This document shows positions 10,412 through 19,702 of a stretch of DNA of 52,740 nucleotides, in pieces (positions within the stretch are counted from its first letter, which is position 1; every line of letters begins with the position of its first letter). The translations under genes were made by a program, and so were the position numbers. Location of the stretch: IMG/VR virus record IMGVR_UViG_3300036861_000578, positions 1-52,740 of that record. The stretch is one strand, 5' to 3'. The DNA is from a virus (lineage: Duplodnaviria > Caudoviricetes). Below the pieces are notes generated by a model. That model did no database searches. It had not been told where the DNA came from and saw nothing but the letters and a program-made list of their open reading frames with translations.

Positions 10412-11127
10412 CCGCCCCCGGCCCGGCGGTCACCTGCCTCCTGACTGCCCACATGAAGCCCTACCTCCGCGACGCGCTCGAATCGGCGGTCAACCAGACC
10501 CGGCAGGATATCCACATCCTGGTGGTCGACTCGGGCCGGTGGCGCGGCCAGCCAGGGCGCGAGTCGAAGCTGATGGCCCGCATCCACCGCGACTACGCCA
10601 AGTATCCGCTGGTCGAGTGGACGTTCACCGACGAGGGCCCGGACCTGAAGCAGATGGCGTGTCCGGTGGCGCTGGCCACCAACAATGCCATCCGTGCCGG
10701 GCTGGTCCGCGGCCGGTACATGTGCACCTTCTACGACGACGACCGGTACCTGCCGACATTTATGGAGCGGATGGCCGGCTACCTCGACCAGTTCCCCCAG
10801 GTCGGCGCGGTCTGGTGCTCGCAACTGCTCACCGTCGTCGCTCCGGACGGCACCGAGACGGAGGTCGGCCTGCGGCCAGCGACCGACGTCAAGTACGGCG
10901 CGTCGATGGACTGCCGCGTGGATGGCGGCCAGGTGATGTGGCGGACCGCCCTGCTCGACGAGATTGGCGACCCGTGGCTGCCGGAAGCGCCGCAGACCTG
11001 CTACCACTCCGACGGGATCTTCCTCGACAAGCTCGGCAGCGTCTGCGGGATGGTCCCCCCGATTCCCGAGGTGCTGTGCGTGCATCGGTACACGCCGCTG
11101 TCGACCTACTCGCCCTCGCCCGTCTGA
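10408..11127 (+). CDS. glycosyltransferase, GT2-like
   Basis: YLRDALESAVNQT, LVVDSG and FYDDD (DxD) motifs; GTG overlaps the gmd stop. Confidence 0.82.
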   Translation: MTAPGPAVTCLLTAHMKPYLRDALESAVNQTRQDIHILVVDSGRWRGQPGRESKLMARIHRDYAKYPLVEWTFTDEGPDLKQMACPVALATNNAIRAGLVRGRYMCTFYDDDRYLPTFMERMAGYLDQFPQVGAVWCSQLLTVVAPDGTETEVGLRPATDVKYGASMDCRVDGGQVMWRTALLDEIGDPWLPEAPQTCYHSDGIFLDKLGSVCGMVPPIPEVLCVHRYTPLSTYSPSPV

Positions 11128-11281
11128 GGATATGGCCAAGCGCGGCCCCGGCCGCCCCCGCAAGTCGGAGTAGGAGGGGCCGGCCCGGCGACCCATCCCG
11201 CGACGCGGGTTGGAGGCTGACCACCCTTTCGCCAGGCCGGCTCAGTCGGCCTATACCCACCACTACGGAAGGTCATATCTG

Positions 11282-13390
11282 ATGCCGCTGGCCGCAGAAA
11301 ACTTCGTCCAGGAAAACTCCGGGGTCATCTCCACCCCCGGCACGTCCTGTGTGGTCAGCGTCCCATCCGGTACCACCGATGGGAACACGGTGCTTATCGT
11401 CCTCAAGTCCTCAATGGGACCAACGGCGCCCGCCGGGTTCGCGGAGGATAAGGCCGTCGGCAGTTTCCTGCGTGTGTACCGCAAGTCCGAGGTCGCCGCG
11501 GGAGAGACCTCCTGGACGTTCACGACGGCCTCCAACAGCCTTTTCGACTGGTACGTCGCGGAGGTGTCAGGTATCGGCCTGGTGGAGCCGCTGGACGCTT
11601 CAGCGTCGACCGTCGCTGCCCCGGCGGCGAACGGCGGCACCGTCACCAGTGGCACGGCGCCGTTGAACGCATCGCTTAACACAGTGGTGCTCGCGGCGTT
11701 CGGCTCAGCCTCAATCGCCGGTGATACACACTCCTGGAGTGGCTACACCAACGGCTTCGACGAGGTCGTTGATATCGGGCCGTCCCCGGTATCGGGGTTC
11801 CAACTCGCGGTGGCGCGGAAGTTCGTCACCGGTCAGACCGACCAGTTCGAGTGCACCGCGACGTTTGCCACCTCCGGAAGTACCACCAGCGCCGATACGC
11901 TCCTGGTGGCGTACCGGGCGGCCGATTCCCCGATCGCGGCACCGCTCGCGATGCTGGCCGGGTTCGAGTGGGGGACCCACGGTGGCATCACCGCCACCAC
12001 CGGCGACACCGCCATGCTCGGCAACCCAATCGTCACCACGGGCACCTGGGACACGAACTATCTGATCCAGGCTGGCTCGGCGCGGAATTCGGGCTACGGA
12101 CTCCGCATCGTGCAGTCTGCGGCAGCGACGGCGGTCCGTTTGGGGAACCTCGCTGGCGGGTCGGCCTCCTGCGGGTTCAACGTGCGGGTGGTGTCGGCGT
12201 CCGGCACGGTCTCGGTCGCCTACATCGCCACCAACATCGGCAGCGTCCTTGCCCAACTGCTCTACGACACCTCCACCAGCAAGTTCGGCGTCAGGTGCGG
12301 CAGCACCGGCACGGTGTCGTGGCAGCCTGGCACCACTGCGATCAACACCTGGGTATGGGTCGACCTGCGGGTCAAGGTCAACATCTCCACCTGGCACGCA
12401 GAGTGGCGGTTGGAGACCGCCACCGACACCTACACCGACCAGACCGCCGCCGATTTGAGTGGGCAGTCCCCGGCCACGGTCTCCTTGTTGACCCTCGGCA
12501 ACGCCAACGCCCAGACGATGACCGCTGACTACGACGACGTGGTTTTGTCCCGCTACTACGTCGCCTATCCGCTCGGCCCCCACCAGATCCGGCTGCTGAC
12601 CGTTGACCCGGCCGGCACCCCGACCGTGTCCGGCACCAGCACGAACTTCTCGGTGTTCACCGCCAATGGCACGCTCGGCGCATGGAACGCGACCAACGCC
12701 CGTGACGCGGTCGATGAGGTTCCCCCGACCGTCTCGGCGTCGGCTGATGGGGTGTGCCAGACCGCCGTCGCAGCCAATGACTACATCGAGTTCCCCATGG
12801 CCGCCCCGACGGTCGCCGCCGACGAGATCATCGCCGGGGTGCGGGAGTTGGCGGCGATGTGGGGCGGCACCGGCACCGGCACCGGCACCGTCGGCATCCG
12901 CGGCTGGGACGGCACCACCGAAACCATTCTGGTCGCGGCCAGCGTCTCCTATGACGCGGGCAGCCCCACCGCGTACTCCACGACCGAGCCGCGCTGGCAA
13001 TGCGCCATGTGGCCGTTCCCCACGGGCGGTTGGACCGAAGCCTTGCTGGCCGGCGCCGCGCTCCGGTTCGGGTTCTCCACCGACGCAACCCCCGATATGG
13101 GCTGCGATGCGCTCTACCTGGAGTACGCGGCCCGCAAGACAGTCACCTCCGCGCAGTTCGGCGATCTAGTCGCCTCGGCCAGCAACCCCAACACCGCCGG
13201 GATCCGATCGATCACAACCACCCCACCCGCCGGCTACGACGCGACCCTGCACTATGAGGAGAGCGGCAGCCCAACCGACGTGGCCACCCCCGGGGGGACG
13301 ACGACGGTCGAGGTGATCGACGCACCCGACGCACCCGCCGTCAATTACGTCGCCGCGTACCCGCCGCCCGAAGACATCTCCGACGCCTGA
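11282..13390 (+). CDS. large Ser/Thr/Gly-rich beta-strand protein, putative accessory virion (fibre or decoration) protein
   Basis: About 700 aa, beta-rich composition, lies between head and neck genes. Confidence 0.55.
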   Translation: MPLAAENFVQENSGVISTPGTSCVVSVPSGTTDGNTVLIVLKSSMGPTAPAGFAEDKAVGSFLRVYRKSEVAAGETSWTFTTASNSLFDWYVAEVSGIGLVEPLDASASTVAAPAANGGTVTSGTAPLNASLNTVVLAAFGSASIAGDTHSWSGYTNGFDEVVDIGPSPVSGFQLAVARKFVTGQTDQFECTATFATSGSTTSADTLLVAYRAADSPIAAPLAMLAGFEWGTHGGITATTGDTAMLGNPIVTTGTWDTNYLIQAGSARNSGYGLRIVQSAAATAVRLGNLAGGSASCGFNVRVVSASGTVSVAYIATNIGSVLAQLLYDTSTSKFGVRCGSTGTVSWQPGTTAINTWVWVDLRVKVNISTWHAEWRLETATDTYTDQTAADLSGQSPATVSLLTLGNANAQTMTADYDDVVLSRYYVAYPLGPHQIRLLTVDPAGTPTVSGTSTNFSVFTANGTLGAWNATNARDAVDEVPPTVSASADGVCQTAVAANDYIEFPMAAPTVAADEIIAGVRELAAMWGGTGTGTGTVGIRGWDGTTETILVAASVSYDAGSPTAYSTTEPRWQCAMWPFPTGGWTEALLAGAALRFGFSTDATPDMGCDALYLEYAARKTVTSAQFGDLVASASNPNTAGIRSITTTPPAGYDATLHYEESGSPTDVATPGGTTTVEVIDAPDAPAVNYVAAYPPPEDISDA

Positions 13391-14172
13391 TGCCACCTAC
13401 TGTTGTCGGGGTCTCCGCCAGTCCCGCCGCCAGCGCCTCCGCGATCACCCCAGCCTTCCCCGCCTCGCTCGCGGTCGACGATGTGCTGCTGGGGATCGGC
13501 GAATCGGTTGGTGGGGCGAACTTCCCCTCGATCGCCACCAACGGATTCGCCCACGTCTCCTCCGACGCGACTCCGGTCAGCCCGGTCGTCCAAGGGGTCA
13601 ACACCCAGCTCAGCGTGGTGTGGCGCCGCTACGACGGGGTGGTGACCGCGCATGCGTGGGGGGACTCCGGCGACCACAACATCGGCCGGTATATCGCGGT
13701 CCGTGGCTGCCCCACCACCGGCAACCCGTGGCACGTCGTCGCGGTCGCCAGCTCAGCGACCTCGAGCACCGCGGCATCGTGGCCGGGGCTGACCACCACG
13801 GTGGATGACTGCCTGATCCTGGAGATCCTGGCGACCGGCGCCGACATCAGCACCGCGCAGATCGCCAGTATCACCAACGGCGCCTACACCAGCATCACCG
13901 AGCAGATGGACAACGCGACCGCCCTCGGTGGCGGCGGGGTCATCATCTGCTACTCGGCGACCAAGGCCACCGCCGGCGCCACCGGCTCCAGCACCGGGAC
14001 GCTGACCACGGCGGCGACGAAGGCCTACATGACGATCGCGTTCGCGCCGGCCGCCGGCGGCGGGGTCGCGCCGCAACTGCTGCACCGCTCCCCACGCCCG
14101 GCTGAACAGGGCTCTCCCTACGGCCCGTACAGCCAGCCACACATGGCACCCCACATCCGCCCTGGAGGCTAG
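13390..14172 (+). CDS. Thr/Ala-rich putative virion protein
   Basis: Coupled to the previous gene; composition resembles its N-terminal domain. Confidence 0.55.
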   Translation: MPPTVVGVSASPAASASAITPAFPASLAVDDVLLGIGESVGGANFPSIATNGFAHVSSDATPVSPVVQGVNTQLSVVWRRYDGVVTAHAWGDSGDHNIGRYIAVRGCPTTGNPWHVVAVASSATSSTAASWPGLTTTVDDCLILEILATGADISTAQIASITNGAYTSITEQMDNATALGGGGVIICYSATKATAGATGSSTGTLTTAATKAYMTIAFAPAAGGGVAPQLLHRSPRPAEQGSPYGPYSQPHMAPHIRPGG

Positions 14173-14619
14173 ATGGCCCGCTACTCCGCTGCCTGGCGCT
14201 CGACCGGTGCCGGGTCGACCACCCTGCCTATCGGTGGGCTGATGGCGCAGGCCTCCACGCCGCTGTGGGTCGTCGAGGTCTGGGTGACCAACACCACCAC
14301 CACCGCGTTTTCTTGTGGCTTGCGCAAGATCACCGTTGTTGGCACGCCCGGTGCCGCCAAGACAGTGTTCCCCGAGGAGAACGACACAGTCACCCTCAAG
14401 GGCGACCCTCGTGACACCTGGACAGTGGCTCCAACGATGACGGGCACCGCTGAGGGCTACCGAAATGCCGCTGTTGGCGCATCAATCGGGTCGGGTGACG
14501 TGTGGACCTTCGGCGGCCGAGGTCTCTATATCCCCCCCGGGACGGGGAACGGTATCGGCGTCATACCGCTCACCGGCGCCGGCCAGATCTCCGATCTGAC
14601 GTTCGTTTGGGACGCCTAG
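14173..14619 (+). CDS. putative virion protein
   Basis: Abuts the previous stop; beta-rich 148 aa. Confidence 0.55.
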   Translation: MARYSAAWRSTGAGSTTLPIGGLMAQASTPLWVVEVWVTNTTTTAFSCGLRKITVVGTPGAAKTVFPEENDTVTLKGDPRDTWTVAPTMTGTAEGYRNAAVGASIGSGDVWTFGGRGLYIPPGTGNGIGVIPLTGAGQISDLTFVWDA

Positions 14620-14625
14620 CCGCCC

Positions 14626-14754
14626 ATGGGCTGGGCATGGGCGGCCCTGGCCGTCGCCGGCCTGGTCGGGCTGCTATGGATCTGGCTGGCCCGACGGTTC
14701 GACCGGCTTGAAATCCTGATTTTTCGCGGCCCGCCGCCGCCAGCGGGAGGCTGA
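14626..14754 (+). CDS. 42-aa single-TM protein (not in the ORF track)
   Basis: MGWAWAALAVAGLVGLLWIWLARRFDRLEILIFRGPPPPAGG; fills the intergenic gap. Confidence 0.4.
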   Translation: MGWAWAALAVAGLVGLLWIWLARRFDRLEILIFRGPPPPAGG

Positions 14755-14758
14755 GCCG

Positions 14759-16420
14759 ATGCCCAGAGTCCGCCGGGCCCCGACTAGGCCGCGGCTGCCG
14801 CGGGCACGGCTCGGGTCGCGGATCCTGCGGCCGGCGCCGGCCGCGCCATCCCGTACCGCCCCGGTCTTCTCGACCACCCGCGGGTCCGTGTCCGGCTCGA
14901 CCCAGGCGATCACGACCAGCTCGTTCACCCCTGCGGCGAATTCGATCCTGATTGCCTGGTCGTGGACGAGCACCGATGTCCGCGATGTCGTCACCGACTC
15001 CCTCGGCGGTGGCTGGACGGCGTTCCTGGGACGAGACTTCACCGAGGGTGGTGAGCGGTCCGGCTGGCAGGCGTCCTACCAACTCATCGGCGCGAGCCCC
15101 GCATCGCGGACGGTGACGTTCACCGCCAGCGCGGTCGACGACCACGGCGGCGGGGTCGAGGAATGGACCAGCCACGACGCCGCCAGCCCAATCGGCGCGA
15201 CCTCTGAGACGAGCTTCGCGCTGTCCAGCGCGGACCCGCGGACGCTCGCGCTGACCACGCTGAACGAGAACAGCTGGGTCATCGGCGGCCTATCCAACTG
15301 GGACAACACGTCCTGCTCGTCGGGTGACGGTGGTTCCACCGTCATCATCAACCAGTCGACCATCCCGCCCGGCGGCGGCGGCTGCTCAGCCCGCCGGTCG
15401 GCCGCGACCGCGGCACCCGGGTCGGTCACCCTGTCGATCAACCGGGCTGGGGTCGCCGAACGCGGCAACATCTGCGCGTTCGAGCTCAAGGGTGCGATTT
15501 CGGCTGGCGGCCCTCAGACGATCGCCGCCGATCAGGCGATTGAGACTGAGACCGCGCAGGCGGTCGGCAAACTCAAGACCGCCGCTGCAGCGCAGGCCAG
15601 TGAGACCGAGACTGCGCAGGCAGTTGCCGCCAGCAAGACCAGGGCCGCCATCCAAGCGACCGAAACCGAAACAGCGCAGATACTCGGGAAGCTCAAGACC
15701 CGCGCTGCAGCGCAGGCCAGTGAGACCGAGACCGCGCAGGCGATCACGGTCCGCAAGACAGTCGCCGTCGGGCAGGCAACCGAAACCGAAACCGGCCAGG
15801 CGGTCGCCGCCAGCGGCGTCCTTGGCCAAGCCGCCGAGACCGAGACCGCGCAGGCCCTCACGGCCCGTAAGGCAAAGGCGCTAGCGCAGACCATTGAGAC
15901 CGAGACGGCCCAGCCGATCACGGTCCTCAAAATCCGCAGCGTCGCGCAGGCCAGCGAGACGGAGACCAGCCAGGCCCTCGGCCGGACCAAGGTCAAAGCC
16001 GCCAGCCAAGCCATCGAGACCGAAACCGGCCAGCAGACCAGTAGCCGCAAGACCCGCAGCCTCGGCCAGGCCAGCGAGGCCGAGACCGCGCAGACGGTCC
16101 AGCCAAGCGGGCCCAAGCTCGTCGCGGTTGGCCAGGCCATCGAAACCGAAACTGCGCAGCCCCTTGGCAAGGCCAAAGTCAAGGCGCTCAGCCAGGCTGC
16201 CGAATCCGAAGCGGCGCAGACGCTGATCAGGCTGCGGGCCTATGGCGTCGCGCAGGCGCTTGAGCTAGAAACGGCGTTCGGGGTTGTGACCGGAGTCACC
16301 CCCAGCAGCCCCCCAGGGTTCGCCGCCGTCGGCGCCACCGCTGGTCGCGCCCAGACCGCTGGTATGTCCGGCAGCGTCATCGCAGAAAGCACAGAAGGAA
16401 CCGTCAGGGTCGGCGAGTAG
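14759..16420 (+). CDS. putative fibre protein with 13 tandem ~20-aa QAxETETAQ repeats
   Basis: Repeats read directly from the translation; N-terminal beta-rich domain. Confidence 0.65.
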   Translation: MPRVRRAPTRPRLPRARLGSRILRPAPAAPSRTAPVFSTTRGSVSGSTQAITTSSFTPAANSILIAWSWTSTDVRDVVTDSLGGGWTAFLGRDFTEGGERSGWQASYQLIGASPASRTVTFTASAVDDHGGGVEEWTSHDAASPIGATSETSFALSSADPRTLALTTLNENSWVIGGLSNWDNTSCSSGDGGSTVIINQSTIPPGGGGCSARRSAATAAPGSVTLSINRAGVAERGNICAFELKGAISAGGPQTIAADQAIETETAQAVGKLKTAAAAQASETETAQAVAASKTRAAIQATETETAQILGKLKTRAAAQASETETAQAITVRKTVAVGQATETETGQAVAASGVLGQAAETETAQALTARKAKALAQTIETETAQPITVLKIRSVAQASETETSQALGRTKVKAASQAIETETGQQTSSRKTRSLGQASEAETAQTVQPSGPKLVAVGQAIETETAQPLGKAKVKALSQAAESEAAQTLIRLRAYGVAQALELETAFGVVTGVTPSSPPGFAAVGATAGRAQTAGMSGSVIAESTEGTVRVGE

Positions 16421-16431
16421 GAGAGGTCAAG

Positions 16432-16962
16432 ATGAACAGGCGACACGCTCTCGGCGTAATGCTCCTCGCCGCACTGCTGCTCACGGCTGGGATTGCCTAC
16501 GCCTCCATCCCCGGCCCGGACGGCGTCATCCATGCCTGCTACAAGAGCAACAATCCCGCCCAGGGCGCCATCATCGTCATCGACCACACCGCGAGCTGCC
16601 CAAGTGGCTACACCGCGCTGAACTGGAACCAGACCGGTCCGCAGGGTCCGGCGGGCCCGCAAGGCCCGGCCGGCATCTCGGGATATGAGATCGTGGTCGC
16701 CCAGAACACCTTGGTGCTGAATCAGGGAAACGGATGGCAGGCGGATGCCAACGCCGTATGCCCAACGGGCAAGGTCGCCTTCTCCGGCGGTGTGGCAACC
16801 AACTCCAGTGGAACCTTCTACATGATCGGGGACTTTCCATCGCTCGTCGGCGGCACATACCGGCAATGGAATGTCCGCTACAGGGTGAATCCCCATGGAG
16901 ATCCCCAGTACTCGGAGCAATTCGAGGCGCCCGTCATAGCGGTTTGTGCCATAGCGAACTGA
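16432..16962 (+). CDS. secreted protein with a short collagen-like segment
   Basis: GGAGAGG RBS, signal peptide, GPQGPAGPQGPAG, four Cys. Confidence 0.7.
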   Translation: MNRRHALGVMLLAALLLTAGIAYASIPGPDGVIHACYKSNNPAQGAIIVIDHTASCPSGYTALNWNQTGPQGPAGPQGPAGISGYEIVVAQNTLVLNQGNGWQADANAVCPTGKVAFSGGVATNSSGTFYMIGDFPSLVGGTYRQWNVRYRVNPHGDPQYSEQFEAPVIAVCAIAN

Positions 16963-16993
16963 AGCTAGGCTCAGTTCTCTCGTCCTAAAAGGG

Positions 16994-17512
16994 GTGTCTG
17001 CGACGGCCGACTTCGTTTTCAATATCGCGCGTGGCGCAAGCCACTACTACTACTATGCAGTGAAGCAGAGCCTCGTCGTGACTGCGACTGGCACGCCCCC
17101 GTTCACCTCAGCGGCCGACTCCGCGCTCATCGTCGTGGCGATCAACGCTGGCGGGGAAACCGACCCTGTCCTGAGGGACTATGACACCCTTGATGCGCTA
17201 CTCGTCGCTGCCAACCCGGCTGAGGTTACTAACACCAACTACGCCCGCAAGGTCCTAACCGATACCGAACTCGCGGCCGTACCAGCCCCAGATGACACCA
17301 ACGAGCGCTACGAACTCGACATCCCCGACCAGACCTGGACAGCGGTCGCGGCTGGGACCGCCTGGACGGACCTGCTGGTCTGCTTCCGACCCAACGCCGC
17401 CGCTGCCGATACCGCAATCATTCCGCTGACCTGCCATGACTTCGCTGTAACTCCAGACGGCAGCGATATAACAGCACAAATAGCTGCTACAGGTTTCTAT
17501 CGTTCCGCCTAG
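16994..17512 (+). CDS. putative virion structural protein
   Basis: 172 aa with TNTNYARK and HDFAVTPDGSDIT segments; lies in the structural operon. Confidence 0.55.
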   Translation: MSATADFVFNIARGASHYYYYAVKQSLVVTATGTPPFTSAADSALIVVAINAGGETDPVLRDYDTLDALLVAANPAEVTNTNYARKVLTDTELAAVPAPDDTNERYELDIPDQTWTAVAAGTAWTDLLVCFRPNAAAADTAIIPLTCHDFAVTPDGSDITAQIAATGFYRSA

Positions 17513-17535
17513 CATATTCGTGCTAGAATGCAGGC

Positions 17536-18162
17536 ATGGAATTGGCCTGCACGATCTGTGGCACAACGTTCGAGTGGCGGCAGCGCGGTCATCAGCCCGA
17601 GACATGTGGCTCCGATGAGTGCCGCCGACGACGGCGTGCAAGAAGCGTGGTGGAGCACCGCTGGCGCACTCGGGGCGGTTCAACGATCCAGATTCGCACC
17701 TGCCTGGGATGCGGCAACGTCTTCGAGTTCATACGCATTCAGGGAGTGCGGGGCCGGGGTCCGGGCTTCTGCTCCGACGAGTGCCGCCGCCAACGGCATC
17801 TGGCGCAGGCAAGGAAGAAGCGCGCGACCTATTGGGACGCGATACCTAAGACCGAGCAAGCACGCCGCCGCCGAGCGGCCCTGCTGGCCAGGTACAACCT
17901 GACCCCGGAGCGGTACATCGAGATGGTCGCCGACCAGGGCGGGATCTGCGCGGTCTGTGGCAAGGCGGAGGCCAAGCATCACAGCCTGCTATTGAAGATC
18001 GACCACGATCGATCCTGCTGCCCGGGGAATGAATCGTGCGGGCGCTGCGTGCGAGGACTGCTGTGCTCCAACTGCAACCGGGCGCTCGGTCTATTCGGGG
18101 ATGACCCGAAGACGCTCCGGGCGGCCATCGACTACCTGGAGAGGACCCGCGTCCTCTCCTGA
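17536..18162 (+). CDS. endonuclease VII-family (HNH) homing endonuclease
   Basis: QGGICAVC...IDHDR...VRGLLCSNCNRALG; N-terminal Zn-finger repeats. Confidence 0.88.
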   Translation: MELACTICGTTFEWRQRGHQPETCGSDECRRRRRARSVVEHRWRTRGGSTIQIRTCLGCGNVFEFIRIQGVRGRGPGFCSDECRRQRHLAQARKKRATYWDAIPKTEQARRRRAALLARYNLTPERYIEMVADQGGICAVCGKAEAKHHSLLLKIDHDRSCCPGNESCGRCVRGLLCSNCNRALGLFGDDPKTLRAAIDYLERTRVLS

Positions 18163-18170
18163 GGACGCAC

Positions 18171-19052
18171 ATGGCTGATTACAACATCGGGGATGCCGTT
18201 AGTCTGGTCTACACCATCAGCGGAACCGCCACGGTCGTGCTCACGGTCACCGCGCCCGACGGGACCTCCAGCACGCCAGGCTTGACCCAGGGCGGCTCAC
18301 CGCCGACGGTAACCTATACCGCCGCGGTCGCCGCCACCCAGGCCGGCACCTGGCTGTACCGGTTCGTCGCCACCGGCGCGGTCACCGACGCCGAAGATGG
18401 GCAGTTCTTTGTCCGGGCGATCTCGACCGACCGTGTCTACACCAGCCGCGAAGAAGTCAAAGGTCGCCTCTCCATCCCGTCAGCGAAGACGCAGGACCAT
18501 GCCAGCATCGACAGCAAGATCCGCGTCGCGACCCGGATGATCGACTCCGACTGCCAGCGGCACTTCTGGAAGATCACCGAAGCGCGCACCTTCACCCCGA
18601 CCGACCCGTGGTGCCTGGAGCTCGGCGCCTACAACGACCTGGTCTCCGCCACCACCCTGAAGACCGACGCCGCCGGCGACGGGACGTTCGAGCAGACCTG
18701 GACGACCGCCGATTATCAGCTGCTGTGCGCCGATGGCAGCCCCAATGTCAACGCCGGCCCCCAGCCGCGCCCGTATGTGCAGATCAAGGCGGTCGGCGGG
18801 CTGCTGTTCCCCTACCCCAGCTTCAGCGGCGCCCGCGCCAACCTCGTCGAGGTCAGTGGGATATGGGGCTGGCCAGCCGTGCCCGACGACATCCGCGAAG
18901 CAGCCGAGATCGCCGCCGCCGAGCTGTTCGCGCTGAAGGACACCAAGTTCGGCGTGTTCGGCGTTGCCGACCTGGGCATCTCACGGGTCCGCACCAACGG
19001 CAAGTATCAGGAGCTCATCGGCCCCTACAAGAAGCTGCTGTCGTTCGCATGA
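18171..19052 (+). CDS. head-tail adaptor fused to an N-terminal Ig-like domain
   Basis: YTSREEVK...IDSDCQRHF and WGWPAVPDDIREAA motifs of actinophage adaptors. Confidence 0.75.
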   Translation: MADYNIGDAVSLVYTISGTATVVLTVTAPDGTSSTPGLTQGGSPPTVTYTAAVAATQAGTWLYRFVATGAVTDAEDGQFFVRAISTDRVYTSREEVKGRLSIPSAKTQDHASIDSKIRVATRMIDSDCQRHFWKITEARTFTPTDPWCLELGAYNDLVSATTLKTDAAGDGTFEQTWTTADYQLLCADGSPNVNAGPQPRPYVQIKAVGGLLFPYPSFSGARANLVEVSGIWGWPAVPDDIREAAEIAAAELFALKDTKFGVFGVADLGISRVRTNGKYQELIGPYKKLLSFA

Positions 19053-19486
19053 CCGCGCCCATGATCGCTGCGACCCTCGACGCGCTCGCCGCCAAGCTGG
19101 CCCTGGTGCCGACCCCCGACGGCAGCGCCACCCTCAACGTTCAGGACACCGTACCCGGGCAGGTCACGGTCCCGGCGGCCGTCATCTGGGTCGACTCGAT
19201 CACCTACGCGACCAGCCAGAGCAGCGCCAGCCACGACCTCACCGTCGCGGTGCTACTGCTCGCCTCGGACGCCAGTAGCGAGGACGGCCAGGAGCTGCTG
19301 CTCGCCTACCTCGAACCCACCGGCACCTCCAGCGTGTACGCGGCGCTGAACACCGACCCCGACCTCGGCGAAACCGGCCTCATCACCTGGGTCGCCGCGG
19401 TCCCGGAGGGGCAGGCCGGCCGGGTGCAGTACGGCGGGGTCGAGTACCAGGGCGCCCGGTTGAACGTCGGGGTGATGCTCGGCTAG
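19049..19486 (+). CDS. putative tail terminator
   Basis: ATGA overlap; size and position; LLAYLEPTGTSSV. Confidence 0.6.
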   Translation: MTAPMIAATLDALAAKLALVPTPDGSATLNVQDTVPGQVTVPAAVIWVDSITYATSQSSASHDLTVAVLLLASDASSEDGQELLLAYLEPTGTSSVYAALNTDPDLGETGLITWVAAVPEGQAGRVQYGGVEYQGARLNVGVMLG

Positions 19487-19686
19487 GCCAGATGGCCGAC
19501 GGGCGGGTCGATCCGGTCTGCCTCGGCCCGCAGCGAGATCCCGACGCAGCGGCTACAGACCAGCCACCCGAACGCATCCGGCGGGATCGGTGGCCCGGCA
19601 GTCTCTACGCCGCAGAACGCCTGACCCTGACCATCGTCGATGTGTAGCGGCGTCTGCTGCTCGCCAGGGTTACGGAGATAACTCAT
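19483..19686 (-). CDS. small Zn-finger-like protein (antisense moron)
   Basis: H...CG...CxxC; TAGACT -10 box 6 nt before the ATG. Confidence 0.55.
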   Translation of the reverse strand: MSYLRNPGEQQTPLHIDDGQGQAFCGVETAGPPIPPDAFGWLVCSRCVGISLRAEADRIDPPVGHLA

Positions 19687-19702
19687 AGCGGGAGTCTAGC
19701 CC

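Noticed and set aside
15530-16280. DNA repeat array (GAGACCGAGACCGCGCAG) as an ncRNA or DGR element
   Set aside because: It is explained by protein-level repeats with synonymous variation, and there is no reverse transcriptase in the window
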